From assembly GCA_965649265.1 (NCBI GenBank), contig CBFGKC010000012.1, positions 1 to 64,000 on the forward strand: a DNA stretch of 64,000 nucleotides, read 5' to 3'. Shown here piece after piece: positions 1 through 8,836 of this stretch; the stretch's first letter is position 1, and the number at the start of each line of letters is the position of its first letter. Made by a program: the position numbers and the translations under genes. The DNA comes from a candidate division WOR-3 bacterium (GTDB lineage: Bacteria > Hydrothermota > Tepidihabitantia > B3-TA06). The notes under the pieces were generated by a model. That model saw nothing but the letters and a program-made list of their open reading frames with translations, searched no databases and was not told where the DNA came from.

Positions 1-34
1 CCCGTTCTCCTGCTCGACGAACTCAAACCTACTA

Positions 35-1174
35 TCACTGGTAACGATCTCTTGACCATGGACACTTTAAGTCGGTCATGTCTTCAATACCACTAACGGG
101 GTAGTCGGGTTGATTATATTTGACTAACTTCAGGTTTCCTCCGGCTTCCCCAAAGGCGTAAAGGCTACCCTTATTGTCCGAAGCCATGTTGCCGAAATGA
201 TCGTCGGTATACCAATTTTTCGTGACCGTCCAGTCAAGAGTTCCATCCTTTTGATTGCGCTGTATAAGAAGATCGGAGTTTGGAACCTTGAGCTTTATCC
301 CGACCATATACACAAAGTGCTCATCCACGACTACATCTTGCCCAATTTCAATATTGCCTGCGTCGTAAGTCTTTTTCCATAGTATGTTTCCCTCGGGGTC
401 GAGCTTGCAAACGACGGCATCATCTTCAGAACCAAACCAACCCGTGAAATAGACGTAATCATCCGGATCGACGGCAAGACCGAATACATATCGAACGGAA
501 TCGCATACCTTATTCCAGATCGGGTTTCCTGAAGAGTCGTACTTCAAAATACGCCCGACATCACCCCCTCCATCATTTGAAAAACCACCAATGTAAACGG
601 AACCATCCTGCGAGACAGTTACACAGTTAGCCCTAGCATAAGGCAGGGACGAATTCGATTCATTCCAAAGCACATTGCCTGACGAATCATACTTTACGAC
701 GACGAAGCTGCCTCCAACCACATAGATGTTTCCTGATGCATCACATGCCACACTGGCAGCCGTACTTTTCTCGGCGTAAAATGGTCTCTCCCAGATGATG
801 TTTCCGCCCTGATCCCATTTTATGGTGTAATAATCAGTATCGCTTGTGCCGATCGTGTAGATGTTGCCCGAGAGATCAATGCACATGTCCGAAGAAAAGA
901 CATCTATTCCGGGATTACGCGTCTTCAGCCATACTGAATCGCCGAAAGACGTGTACTTCATCAACAAGAATATTCCGCTATCAATGCTGTCTGTCCCTGT
1001 AAGGGAATTTCCTAAAACGTATACGTTATCGTCCTGGTCTATCCCTATCCCGGCTGCCCAGTCCCGCACGCCGGAGTCGTAGTCTCGCTCCCATACCTCA
1101 ACCGGGTCTACTGCAAAGACTACGGCAGCGGTTAAAACGCTCACCAGCATTGTTTTCAAAAACATGCTTTTCAT
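35..1174 (-). CDS. Secreted SBBP/beta-propeller repeat protein, possibly frameshifted before its C-terminal sorting domain
   Basis: Signal peptide; repeats of 'D..GNIYV.G ... KYDSSGN..W'; ends shortly after the 'SGIED' linker, whereas the paralogues continue into a sorting domain. Confidence 0.8.
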   Translation of the reverse strand: MKSMFLKTMLVSVLTAAVVFAVDPVEVWERDYDSGVRDWAAGIGIDQDDNVYVLGNSLTGTDSIDSGIFLLMKYTSFGDSVWLKTRNPGIDVFSSDMCIDLSGNIYTIGTSDTDYYTIKWDQGGNIIWERPFYAEKSTAASVACDASGNIYVVGGSFVVVKYDSSGNVLWNESNSSLPYARANCVTVSQDGSVYIGGFSNDGGGDVGRILKYDSSGNPIWNKVCDSVRYVFGLAVDPDDYVYFTGWFGSEDDAVVCKLDPEGNILWKKTYDAGNIEIGQDVVVDEHFVYMVGIKLKVPNSDLLIQRNQKDGTLDWTVTKNWYTDDHFGNMASDNKGSLYAFGEAGGNLKLVKYNQPDYPVSGIEDMTDLKCPWSRDRYQ

Positions 1175-1272
1175 ATTCTTTACTCCTTTCCTTTATAGTT
1201 TATACCCTCCTGATACTTATTCACCTTTTTTTCCCAGAAGGTCTGCTTTTTCTCTTGGCTACATATCACATT

Positions 1273-2775
1273 TTATTCGACAATAAGAACCTTCGCGCAT
1301 GTTGAAGAATTCCCCGATTCAAGCCTTGCAAAATATACGCCGGATGGAAGTAAGATGGTGTTCCAGATAAAAGTGGTTTGAGATGAGATGAGGGTGTGCG
1401 TTTCGATAAGCTTGCCGTCAGCGGAGTAGAAAGATAGAGTGGCCGACTGTCCAACCGGAATCGAGTAGCGGAGGGAAGAAGAAGAGGTGAAATTGCCCAG
1501 GACTTCGAGGGTCACTGAGGTGGGCTTTGAGGAGGGTGAGGAGGGTTCAGCGATACCGACTACGTCGGACTGGCTGTACTTTAAGACCAATTCCTGCAAT
1601 GAGTCCGCCTCGACATCCCCTGTGTAGCCTGTTACGTAGAAGTTACCCGCGTGATCGAGGCAAATCGCGCTAAGCCCCTGGTCTCCTGCAGCACCGTAGG
1701 TGATATTCCAGCTCTCGTTGCCCGCCTCGTCATAGCGGATCACCCGACAGTCATTGTCGGTCCCGTTGTTAGACGTCCCTGCCACATACACGTACCCGAA
1801 GCCGAGGGCGATTGCGTTCGCCCAGTCGTCGTGACCGCCGTCAAAGGTACGCTGCCATATGTAGTTGCCCTCGTAGTCGCAGCAGGCGACCCAGAAGTCC
1901 TTATCCTCGCCGTCGTCGAGTGTTCCCGAGATGTAGAAGCAATCGTCGGCGGCTTGATAGGAAGATTTCTTCACGAAACGCGCACCCGAGGGGGTAGCGT
2001 CACCGAAAGCAATCCGCGCCCCTAATTTTAACATATTCGCCGGATTCGGTATGCCGGTCTCCGAGGAAATGTCGTAGGTGAACGTATGGCAGTCACCGGC
2101 CGACTTCCTTCTCTCCAGAGCGAGACAAAGTCTTTTCGTGGACGCCACGTCGAAGGCATTCAGTCCGTAGGCGTAATCATCGCCTTCCTCGGTGATTGTG
2201 GTCTTCCACACGTGGTTGCGGTCGGAGTCGTACTTGTGAATGACGATGTCGGCGCCTGTCGTGGCGCTCCAGGTGTTTCCTACAACGTAGATGCTGCCGT
2301 ACTCGTCCGTGACAACCTTACTGGCCTGCTCCATTATCTCCGGAGTTTCGGTAATGTCCCAGAGCCAGCCGTGAGGTTGCGGGCGGTACCCTGCCGTCCA
2401 GAATCCTATAGCCGTGCCGTTGTCCCACGAGCCTGCAGTAATAATATCGCCGTTTTGTCCGGTGCACGCTCCCTTGGCCGTGGTATGCCTGCCTCCGATG
2501 TTCTTGATATCACTACTCAAGAGCGCCCCGTCACTTAAAGCATAGGTATGTATCGCGGTCGAGTAAACGGAATCCGGGTCCTTGTGCTTGCGGATTACGA
2601 CGTTCGAAACCGCACCCGGCGCAGGCGTAAGAGATATCAGGGCATCCATGCTTCGGGTGATAATCTGGGGTTCCTCTGATTTTTTTTCCCACTGCAACTC
2701 CGGTGGTGGCGCAGCCAGAGTATTCCCTGCAAAAACGAGCAGGGCTGTTATGGAAAGTATCAGGACCTTTTTCAT
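1273..2775 (-). CDS. Secreted beta-propeller (SBBP-like) protein with T9SS type A-like C-terminal sorting domain
   Basis: Signal peptide, propeller repeats, PSSPSS linker, C-terminus 'YSADGKLI...SGVYFARL...KVLIVE'; SD AGGAGG. Confidence 0.85.
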   Translation of the reverse strand: MKKVLILSITALLVFAGNTLAAPPPELQWEKKSEEPQIITRSMDALISLTPAPGAVSNVVIRKHKDPDSVYSTAIHTYALSDGALLSSDIKNIGGRHTTAKGACTGQNGDIITAGSWDNGTAIGFWTAGYRPQPHGWLWDITETPEIMEQASKVVTDEYGSIYVVGNTWSATTGADIVIHKYDSDRNHVWKTTITEEGDDYAYGLNAFDVASTKRLCLALERRKSAGDCHTFTYDISSETGIPNPANMLKLGARIAFGDATPSGARFVKKSSYQAADDCFYISGTLDDGEDKDFWVACCDYEGNYIWQRTFDGGHDDWANAIALGFGYVYVAGTSNNGTDNDCRVIRYDEAGNESWNITYGAAGDQGLSAICLDHAGNFYVTGYTGDVEADSLQELVLKYSQSDVVGIAEPSSPSSKPTSVTLEVLGNFTSSSSLRYSIPVGQSATLSFYSADGKLIETHTLISSQTTFIWNTILLPSGVYFARLESGNSSTCAKVLIVE

Positions 2776-2904
2776 GCTTTTCCTCCTTGTTTTTCCGTCA
2801 CGCGGCTTTTCCGCGCTGGTTTCCTTTTACTTAAAGGTTAATTGCCCTTATCTGTGGCAAAGCTCGGGAGTTTGCGGTAACTCCTTTCTTTGCCTGTAAA
2901 GAAC

Positions 2905-4305
2905 TCATCTGACAATCAGTACCTTGCCGGATGCCGATATACTACCCGCAATCAACCTCACAAAGTATACCCCTGAAGGGAAAGTGCGAGCGTCCCAGGT
3001 GAAAGTGGTCTGCGACGAGAGAAGGGGGTGTATCTCTACCAGCCTGCCGTCAGCCGAGTATAAGGAAAGGTTGCCTGCTTGATTGGGAGGGACTGAATAG
3101 CGCAGGGTTGGAGCAGTTGACAGATTATTTACGATCTCAAGTGTTACTGAGTTGGACTCTGAGGAGGGCGAGGAGGGCGAGGAGGGCTCTTCGACTGCCG
3201 TGGCATGGTGGACTTTTAAAACCCGCAAGTCGCCTGATGATGTCTCGGCAGAGATATAAAGATTGCTCTTGCCGTCCGAGGCTATCCCGCAAGCAAAGGC
3301 ATCTGAGACAAGCAATGTGTCCCACATTAAGTTACCTTCCATGTCATAACACAAAAGGAGCAATTCATTTGTGTCACCAGAAGTAATTTTTGAGCTACCT
3401 GCGATATAGACATACCTTTTGTCGACGGCAATGCAGTACCCCTGATCATCATAGCCTTTATCAAAGGTCTCGTTCCATAGGAGGTTTCCGTTCATGTCAA
3501 ACTTGGAAACGAGTATATCCGCGGCAGAAACGAAATCAGGCATCGTGTACCCTGCAAGATAAAAGTTTCCTTCACTGTCGACCGCGATACCGCATATTAT
3601 CTCTTCTGGACCTTCGTCATAAAGCTTGCGCCATATCGTGTCGCCTGACGAGTTGTATCTTATTATGAACTGATCGTTTTCTGTCGTATATTGAGAACCC
3701 GCGACATAAATGAATCCATCGGGCGCAGTTACCACATCGCAGGGATATCCCATAGCAATTTCGATATTATTCACCCATACTTCGTTTCCGTCTGAATCGA
3801 ATTTTACTAATTGTGGTCCTACCCCTGTAGTACCCGTAGCATAGGTATTTCCTGAATCATCTACTATTATACCTACGGCATACTCATCCGTGTAAGCGAA
3901 ATGTAGAGTATTCCATATTTCGGCGCTGTCTGAATCGTATTTAATGAGACGTATGCGGTCGCCATCGACCGAGCACGACATCCCTGAGACGTAAATAAAG
4001 CCCGATTTATCAACCTCTACGTCATAAGCCTGATCGGTGGTGTCCGAATCAAAGTCCTTGACCCATATGAAATTGCCGTCTGTATCATACTTCAAAGTCA
4101 CGATATCATCAGTCACCAGGTTGCTTCCATCTCGCTTTATTCCGATAAGATAGACGGCATTGTTGACGGTGTCGAGAGCGATTCTCCCGCCCATATCATT
4201 CGAGCCTGAGTCCCAGGTTTTGTCCCAGACGATGGTCTGCCCGGACAAGGACGTGACCGTCATAGCCATTGTTATCAATACGCCGAGCACTCTTGTGATT
4301 CGCAT
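2905..4305 (-). CDS. Secreted beta-propeller (SBBP-like) protein with T9SS type A-like C-terminal sorting domain
   Basis: Signal peptide, 'KYDxxGNxxW' repeats, PSSPSSPSS linker, 'SGVYFVRL...KVLIVR'. Confidence 0.85.
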   Translation of the reverse strand: MRITRVLGVLITMAMTVTSLSGQTIVWDKTWDSGSNDMGGRIALDTVNNAVYLIGIKRDGSNLVTDDIVTLKYDTDGNFIWVKDFDSDTTDQAYDVEVDKSGFIYVSGMSCSVDGDRIRLIKYDSDSAEIWNTLHFAYTDEYAVGIIVDDSGNTYATGTTGVGPQLVKFDSDGNEVWVNNIEIAMGYPCDVVTAPDGFIYVAGSQYTTENDQFIIRYNSSGDTIWRKLYDEGPEEIICGIAVDSEGNFYLAGYTMPDFVSAADILVSKFDMNGNLLWNETFDKGYDDQGYCIAVDKRYVYIAGSSKITSGDTNELLLLCYDMEGNLMWDTLLVSDAFACGIASDGKSNLYISAETSSGDLRVLKVHHATAVEEPSSPSSPSSESNSVTLEIVNNLSTAPTLRYSVPPNQAGNLSLYSADGRLVEIHPLLSSQTTFTWDARTFPSGVYFVRLIAGSISASGKVLIVR

Positions 4306-4560
4306 ATCTCCTCCTTGGAGTGGTAATCATCTGTTCTGCTTCTATTCGACTAGAACACGCAGCCGATGAGGAGAACCTTGTTGGCTTTGTGAATTTCTTA
4401 AAAAAGTAGCCTTTTAAGGGCAATGTTACCACAAAATCGCCGCATACGGTTCCTTCCTCATGATCTATCCATATGGGATACACAAAGAGACGAAAGATTC
4501 AAAACAGCTACTAAACTAAAACCTATTCTACCTCCTCCGTCTCCATATACTTTGGAATCC

Positions 4561-4588
4561 AGTATAGGCCTCTTGTATTTGTTGTCAA
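4561..4588 (-). promoter_or_regulatory. Sigma70-type promoter for the SBBP gene cluster (about 255-nt leader)
   Basis: TTGACA-16nt-TATACT on the minus strand. Confidence 0.6.
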
Positions 4589-4602
4589 TACTTGATTTAG
4601 AA

Positions 4603-5067
4603 CTACCGGCTCAACTGTGACAACTGTGACGTGCAGTGCGGGCATCGAGTAGCCTTTAAGGGGATGGTCGAGAGGCAGTAGGGACATTCCTTAGTCGTAG
4701 GTTCGGCTGCGGCGGTTTTTTTACCAAGCTTCTGGAGACGGTTTACTCCCGTTATGATGAGGAACAGGGGGATTGCGACGAGGAGGAAGTTGATTATGGA
4801 GGTGATGAACACCCCGTAGTTTATGGACACGGCACCGGCTTTTTGCGCCTCTGCAAGCGAGGGGTAAGGCCCGACGGGGGTGCCGCTCTTGAGAACGGCG
4901 AAGAGGTTAGAGAAATCGACGTTGCCAAGAAGAAGGCCCAAGGGCGGCATGATAATGTCGGAGACTAACGACTTGACGATGGTTGCGAACGCGGCGCCTA
5001 TGATGATGCCGACGGCCATATCTATCACGTTGCCGCGCAGGACGAATTCCTTGAAATCTTTCCACAT
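4603..5067 (-). CDS. mscL: Large-conductance mechanosensitive channel with C-terminal Cys4 zinc-ribbon-like tail
   Basis: 'FKEFVLRGNVIDMAVGIIIGAAF...DIIMP' and 'YGVFITSIINFL'; tail CPYC-x9-CPHC. Confidence 0.95.
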   Translation of the reverse strand: MWKDFKEFVLRGNVIDMAVGIIIGAAFATIVKSLVSDIIMPPLGLLLGNVDFSNLFAVLKSGTPVGPYPSLAEAQKAGAVSINYGVFITSIINFLLVAIPLFLIITGVNRLQKLGKKTAAAEPTTKECPYCLSTIPLKATRCPHCTSQLSQLSR

Positions 5068-5210
5068 GATGCTCCTCCTATGGTTTAGGTTTATCTAAAT
5101 GATTATTCTCATGCAGGAAGGATTGTCAAGAGAGAGGTCACAAAATTCCTCTTAATTGAAGCATTGCTCTTGATTTGCGCGAGGACAGAAGTGGGATAAA
5201 GGGATCGCTG

Positions 5211-5367
5211 AGGGAGGCCCGAGGAGGGCCTGAGGAGGGCGAGCGCCGGGGGCGCATGAGCAGAAACCCTTGGTTTCTGCTGTCTTGATTTCACTAATTC
5301 AATGACAGCGCCGCGGCGCATTAGCAGAATGGAATTCTGCCAAGAAGAGCTGAGGAGGGCAGGAGGG
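5211..5367. repeat. Composite intergenic repeat: two double-hairpin units flanked by GAGGAGGG-type 9-mers
   Basis: AGCGCC..GGCGCAT.AGCAGAA..TTCTGC at 5242-5280 and 5307-5340. Confidence 0.7.
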
Positions 5368-5368
5368 C

Positions 5369-5800
5369 TCAGGCGGCTATCTCGATTAAGGTGATATCGA
5401 ACGTAAGATCCTTGCCTGCAAGCGGATGGTTGGCGTCGAGCGTAACCTCTTTGTCGTCGAGTCCGGTGATCTGAACAATGATGCTCTCGTTGTTATCCAT
5501 GGTAAGCCGCATCATTAGACCGACCTTGAGCTCTATTCCAGGCGCAAAGTTCGAGCGGTCGATGGATTTCACAAGCGCTTCGTTACGCTGGCCGTAGGCC
5601 TTGCCGGCCGGTATCGTTACGGTTTTTTTCTCACCCACGCTCATCCCCATTACGGCATCCTCGAAACCCGGTATGACCTGGGACGCGCCTAATGTGAATT
5701 CTAGCGGTTCTGAGCCGTCGGATGAGTCGAAAACGGAACCGTCATCGAGCCTGCCTTCGTAATGAATCTTAACTTTGTCGCCTGCCTTAGCCTGGGCCAT
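5369..5800 (-). CDS. FKBP-type peptidyl-prolyl isomerase (SlyD/FkpB-like)
   Basis: 'HYEGRLDDGSVFDSS', 'VIPGFE', 'DANHPLAGKDLTFDI'. Confidence 0.95.
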   Translation of the reverse strand: MAQAKAGDKVKIHYEGRLDDGSVFDSSDGSEPLEFTLGASQVIPGFEDAVMGMSVGEKKTVTIPAGKAYGQRNEALVKSIDRSNFAPGIELKVGLMMRLTMDNNESIIVQITGLDDKEVTLDANHPLAGKDLTFDITLIEIAA

Positions 5801-6003
5801 TCTTTCTCCTTATTACTTGTTTGACAGGGATTCGCGAAAGCCCGGCCATTCAGGAGTTTTAGTAAACAATCCCTTGAACGCAGGGACCCGCAAAATCCCG
5901 GATTGGCGTGGATTATGCGCACGAGAAAAAACTTGTCAATCGGGCATTTACCCTTTACCGATGATATTACCTTTAACCGTCACTTTACTACAATCTCAAA
6001 ACG

Positions 6004-7191
6004 TTACTTTTCAAAGACGGCTTTCTCCAACTCGTTCCATAAATCGTAATAAAAGAGCTTCTGAATCGTATAAGAGAAGAAGGTGCCGGTGTTTGTTAAT
6101 GTCACGATGGTCACGTCTTTCTCTGGAAGATAATAGACCATTGCCGCCGCGCCGATGTGCGAACCCGAGTGCCCTATCCAGGTACCGTATTCCGACTTCA
6201 TGGCGGCCAGACCCATGCCGTACCCGTAAAGTGAGTCTGCGTCGAGGAAAGGTACCCAGTCGGTCATCATAGAGAGGGATGAGTCTGATACTATCTGAGC
6301 CTTACCTACCGCCTGGATGAAGCTTGCGAAATCTTGCGCATCGGCTATTACGCCGTCGGAACCCGTGATCAGTTCGGTCAGGTATATCTGCCAGTCGGAA
6401 TAGTTTTCGATATTCCCGTCGGAGTAGCGATCCCAGTACGAGTTGACGAGTCCCTGAGGTTCGGGGTAAGGCCCGTTGTGGTAGAATGTATTATTGAGTG
6501 CGAGTGGAACAAATATCCTATCGTTGAATTCGGCTTTGTGATCCCCTTCGAGGCGATCGATAATGAGGGACAAGAGTATATAGTTGGCGTCTGAATAGAC
6601 GTAGCCTGTCCCCGGTTCAAAAACAGCCGGCTGTCCGTAGACATAAGACAGGAGGTCGTAGGTATCCCGTTCCTTGAAGGGATCGTTGAATGCATCCATT
6701 ATGAACTCGATTCCGAAAACGTCAGGGATGCCCGAGGTGTGGTTAAGCAGCTGGCGAACGGTAATCTTCGTGCCGTTAGTAACGGAATCCGTGACGGAGG
6801 GGGGGAGGTAGACCGTGATCGGTTCGTCGAGATTTATTTTCCCTTCTTCGACAAGCTGGAAGATGACAACTGCGGTGTAAGTCTTGGCAACGCTCGCTCC
6901 GTGATGAAGATGGCATGGATTCATAGGTATCTGGTTTTCGATATCGGCAAATCCCGCGGCTCCGATCCACAGACTGTCGTCGGGGGTGTTAATAAGAACC
7001 ACCAGCCCAGGAAGGCCTCTATCAGCGTATTTATTGACGATCTCCTGGTATATGCTGTTTTTGGGATGAGACGAGAAGTCGAGATTGCACTCTATTCCAC
7101 TCATCGGCGTATCGGGGTCAAACTTGCAGCCTATCACGATTGCCGTGACGACGAGGAGTAATAATTCAGAAATCCAACGAATGATTCTCAT
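6004..7191 (-). CDS. Serine hydrolase (beta-lactamase/D-Ala-D-Ala peptidase fold) lipoprotein
   Basis: Lipobox IVIGC; SVAK, LLNHTSG, YSD and GHSG motifs. Confidence 0.9.
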   Translation of the reverse strand: MRIIRWISELLLLVVTAIVIGCKFDPDTPMSGIECNLDFSSHPKNSIYQEIVNKYADRGLPGLVVLINTPDDSLWIGAAGFADIENQIPMNPCHLHHGASVAKTYTAVVIFQLVEEGKINLDEPITVYLPPSVTDSVTNGTKITVRQLLNHTSGIPDVFGIEFIMDAFNDPFKERDTYDLLSYVYGQPAVFEPGTGYVYSDANYILLSLIIDRLEGDHKAEFNDRIFVPLALNNTFYHNGPYPEPQGLVNSYWDRYSDGNIENYSDWQIYLTELITGSDGVIADAQDFASFIQAVGKAQIVSDSSLSMMTDWVPFLDADSLYGYGMGLAAMKSEYGTWIGHSGSHIGAAAMVYYLPEKDVTIVTLTNTGTFFSYTIQKLFYYDLWNELEKAVFEK

Positions 7192-7778
7192 CCCCGCCCC
7201 CAGTTGATCCTAACTCCGAGATGGAGAAGCGATTGCATTCCTATGGGCAGAACCTCGAAATATGGTGTCTGGACGAAAAATTGGTACTTTAGAAAGGGCG
7301 CAATGGGCAACTTTGTCTTTTTTGACAGGTCGTACCCTGTTCCCATGGAGAAGGTCAGCATTCCACAAGGTTTGCCCCAATCCGCTGCTTTTTCGTATTC
7401 ACCGTCATCGTTTTGCCTTAGGACGTCGCGGGGGTGGAACACGTGGAGATAACCGAGACCAAGGGAAGTCTCTCCGAACAGACCGAAACCGGCAGTATAC
7501 CTGTATGCGAACTCCGAATCGAGGAATAACCCGGAACCGGTCGACGTATTAACGAAACCGCCCAGATTGCCGGTCTGGAACAACCGGCCGGCCCTGCCGT
7601 CGGTCCAGGTGTATTCAGTCCCGATCACGGTACCGGGATAAAAAGGGGATATTCGAAACACGTTATTGAAGGGAAGAGCATTAGAGTGCGAGCACCCTGA
7701 TATCACGAGAGGAAAACTCCTCCCGGCGGCGAACGCCGACCCGCACAAAACGACAATCAAAGACAATAAAGTACGCAC
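7188..7778 (-). CDS. Exported, probably outer-membrane beta-barrel protein coupled to the serine hydrolase
   Basis: Signal peptide, amphipathic aromatic/Gly strands, 4-nt overlap with the next gene, SD GGAGG before GTG. Confidence 0.65.
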   Translation of the reverse strand: MRTLLSLIVVLCGSAFAAGRSFPLVISGCSHSNALPFNNVFRISPFYPGTVIGTEYTWTDGRAGRLFQTGNLGGFVNTSTGSGLFLDSEFAYRYTAGFGLFGETSLGLGYLHVFHPRDVLRQNDDGEYEKAADWGKPCGMLTFSMGTGYDLSKKTKLPIAPFLKYQFFVQTPYFEVLPIGMQSLLHLGVRINWGRG

Positions 7779-7889
7779 CGGTTCCTCCTTGGTTAATTGT
7801 AAAAGAAGACGTAACTTGAATGAATTTGTTACGCGCCGGAGAGCATGCCCGGTAGTCTTACGACCAGGAATAATAAGTCTTTAAGCTGA

Positions 7890-8675
7890 TTACCCTTTCT
7901 GAGAGATGATGTCCTTGACCGTCACTTCCGGGTGATGGTAGCGGGTTCTTTTGAGTGTTTTTTTCTCGAACTGTATTGCCTTTCTGGGACAGAACTCGAG
8001 ACACGCCATGCACTGTTCACACTGGTGCCGCCAGGATGGCTTACCTTCGTTCAGGGTGATGTTGGAAACAGGACAGACCTTTTGGCATATGCCGCAGGAA
8101 TTGCAGCTGTCCGTGGCATTTAAGGACTGATCCCTGGAGTGCACGTCTCGAACCCAGTTTGCGTAGTAGGTTTTTCCCAGAAGTTTCCAGAACCAGGGGT
8201 CCCGTGGATTCGTGTTTTTCCTTTCTAGGACGATTTTTGCGATTTTGTCGATGCTGGACGACGCATCGGCCATTATCTTTGGGATTTTTGAGGGGGGAGG
8301 GGGTTCGATATTAGGGATGTAGTTATCGGGCATGGTCAGGTAGAACGCGGAGCCGAGTTTTTTTGATTTTTTCCGGAGCAGGTCATCCACGAGTGAGAAG
8401 ACGAGTCCTGACGTAAGTCCCCGGGTTACGACTGCGAAGATGTATTCGGTTTTATTGAGATCCACACTTTCGACAAATCTGCGGACGATATCGGGAATGC
8501 CGCAGAAGTAAAGGGGAATGATGAAGCCGACCGTGTCCGTGCTCGGGGATACCTTCTTCTGATTGAGGAACTTGGCGATTGGAACGACTTCTGCCTGTTC
8601 GAGCCTTTCTGCGAGCTTGCGGGCCACCCAGAGCGAGTTGCCCGTTCCAGTGAAATAGTAGAGTGTCGTTGTCAA
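7890..8675 (-). CDS. EFR1-family flavodoxin-ferredoxin fusion
   Basis: 'YFTGTGNS' flavodoxin loop plus two CxxCxxCxxxCP motifs. Confidence 0.9.
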   Translation of the reverse strand: MTTTLYYFTGTGNSLWVARKLAERLEQAEVVPIAKFLNQKKVSPSTDTVGFIIPLYFCGIPDIVRRFVESVDLNKTEYIFAVVTRGLTSGLVFSLVDDLLRKKSKKLGSAFYLTMPDNYIPNIEPPPPSKIPKIMADASSSIDKIAKIVLERKNTNPRDPWFWKLLGKTYYANWVRDVHSRDQSLNATDSCNSCGICQKVCPVSNITLNEGKPSWRHQCEQCMACLEFCPRKAIQFEKKTLKRTRYHHPEVTVKDIISQKG

Positions 8676-8836
8676 TCATTCCTCCTTGAAAAGGGGTTAA
8701 TTTATTGAGAATACTACACGGAACCTGGGTTTTTTCAAGAACCTGACTTTACATCTTTACCAATATGGCGTCGATGAGGGCAATATCGCCCGCGGATAAC
8801 TAAAGCTTGGAGCACCAGGGATAGGAAGTAATTGCT

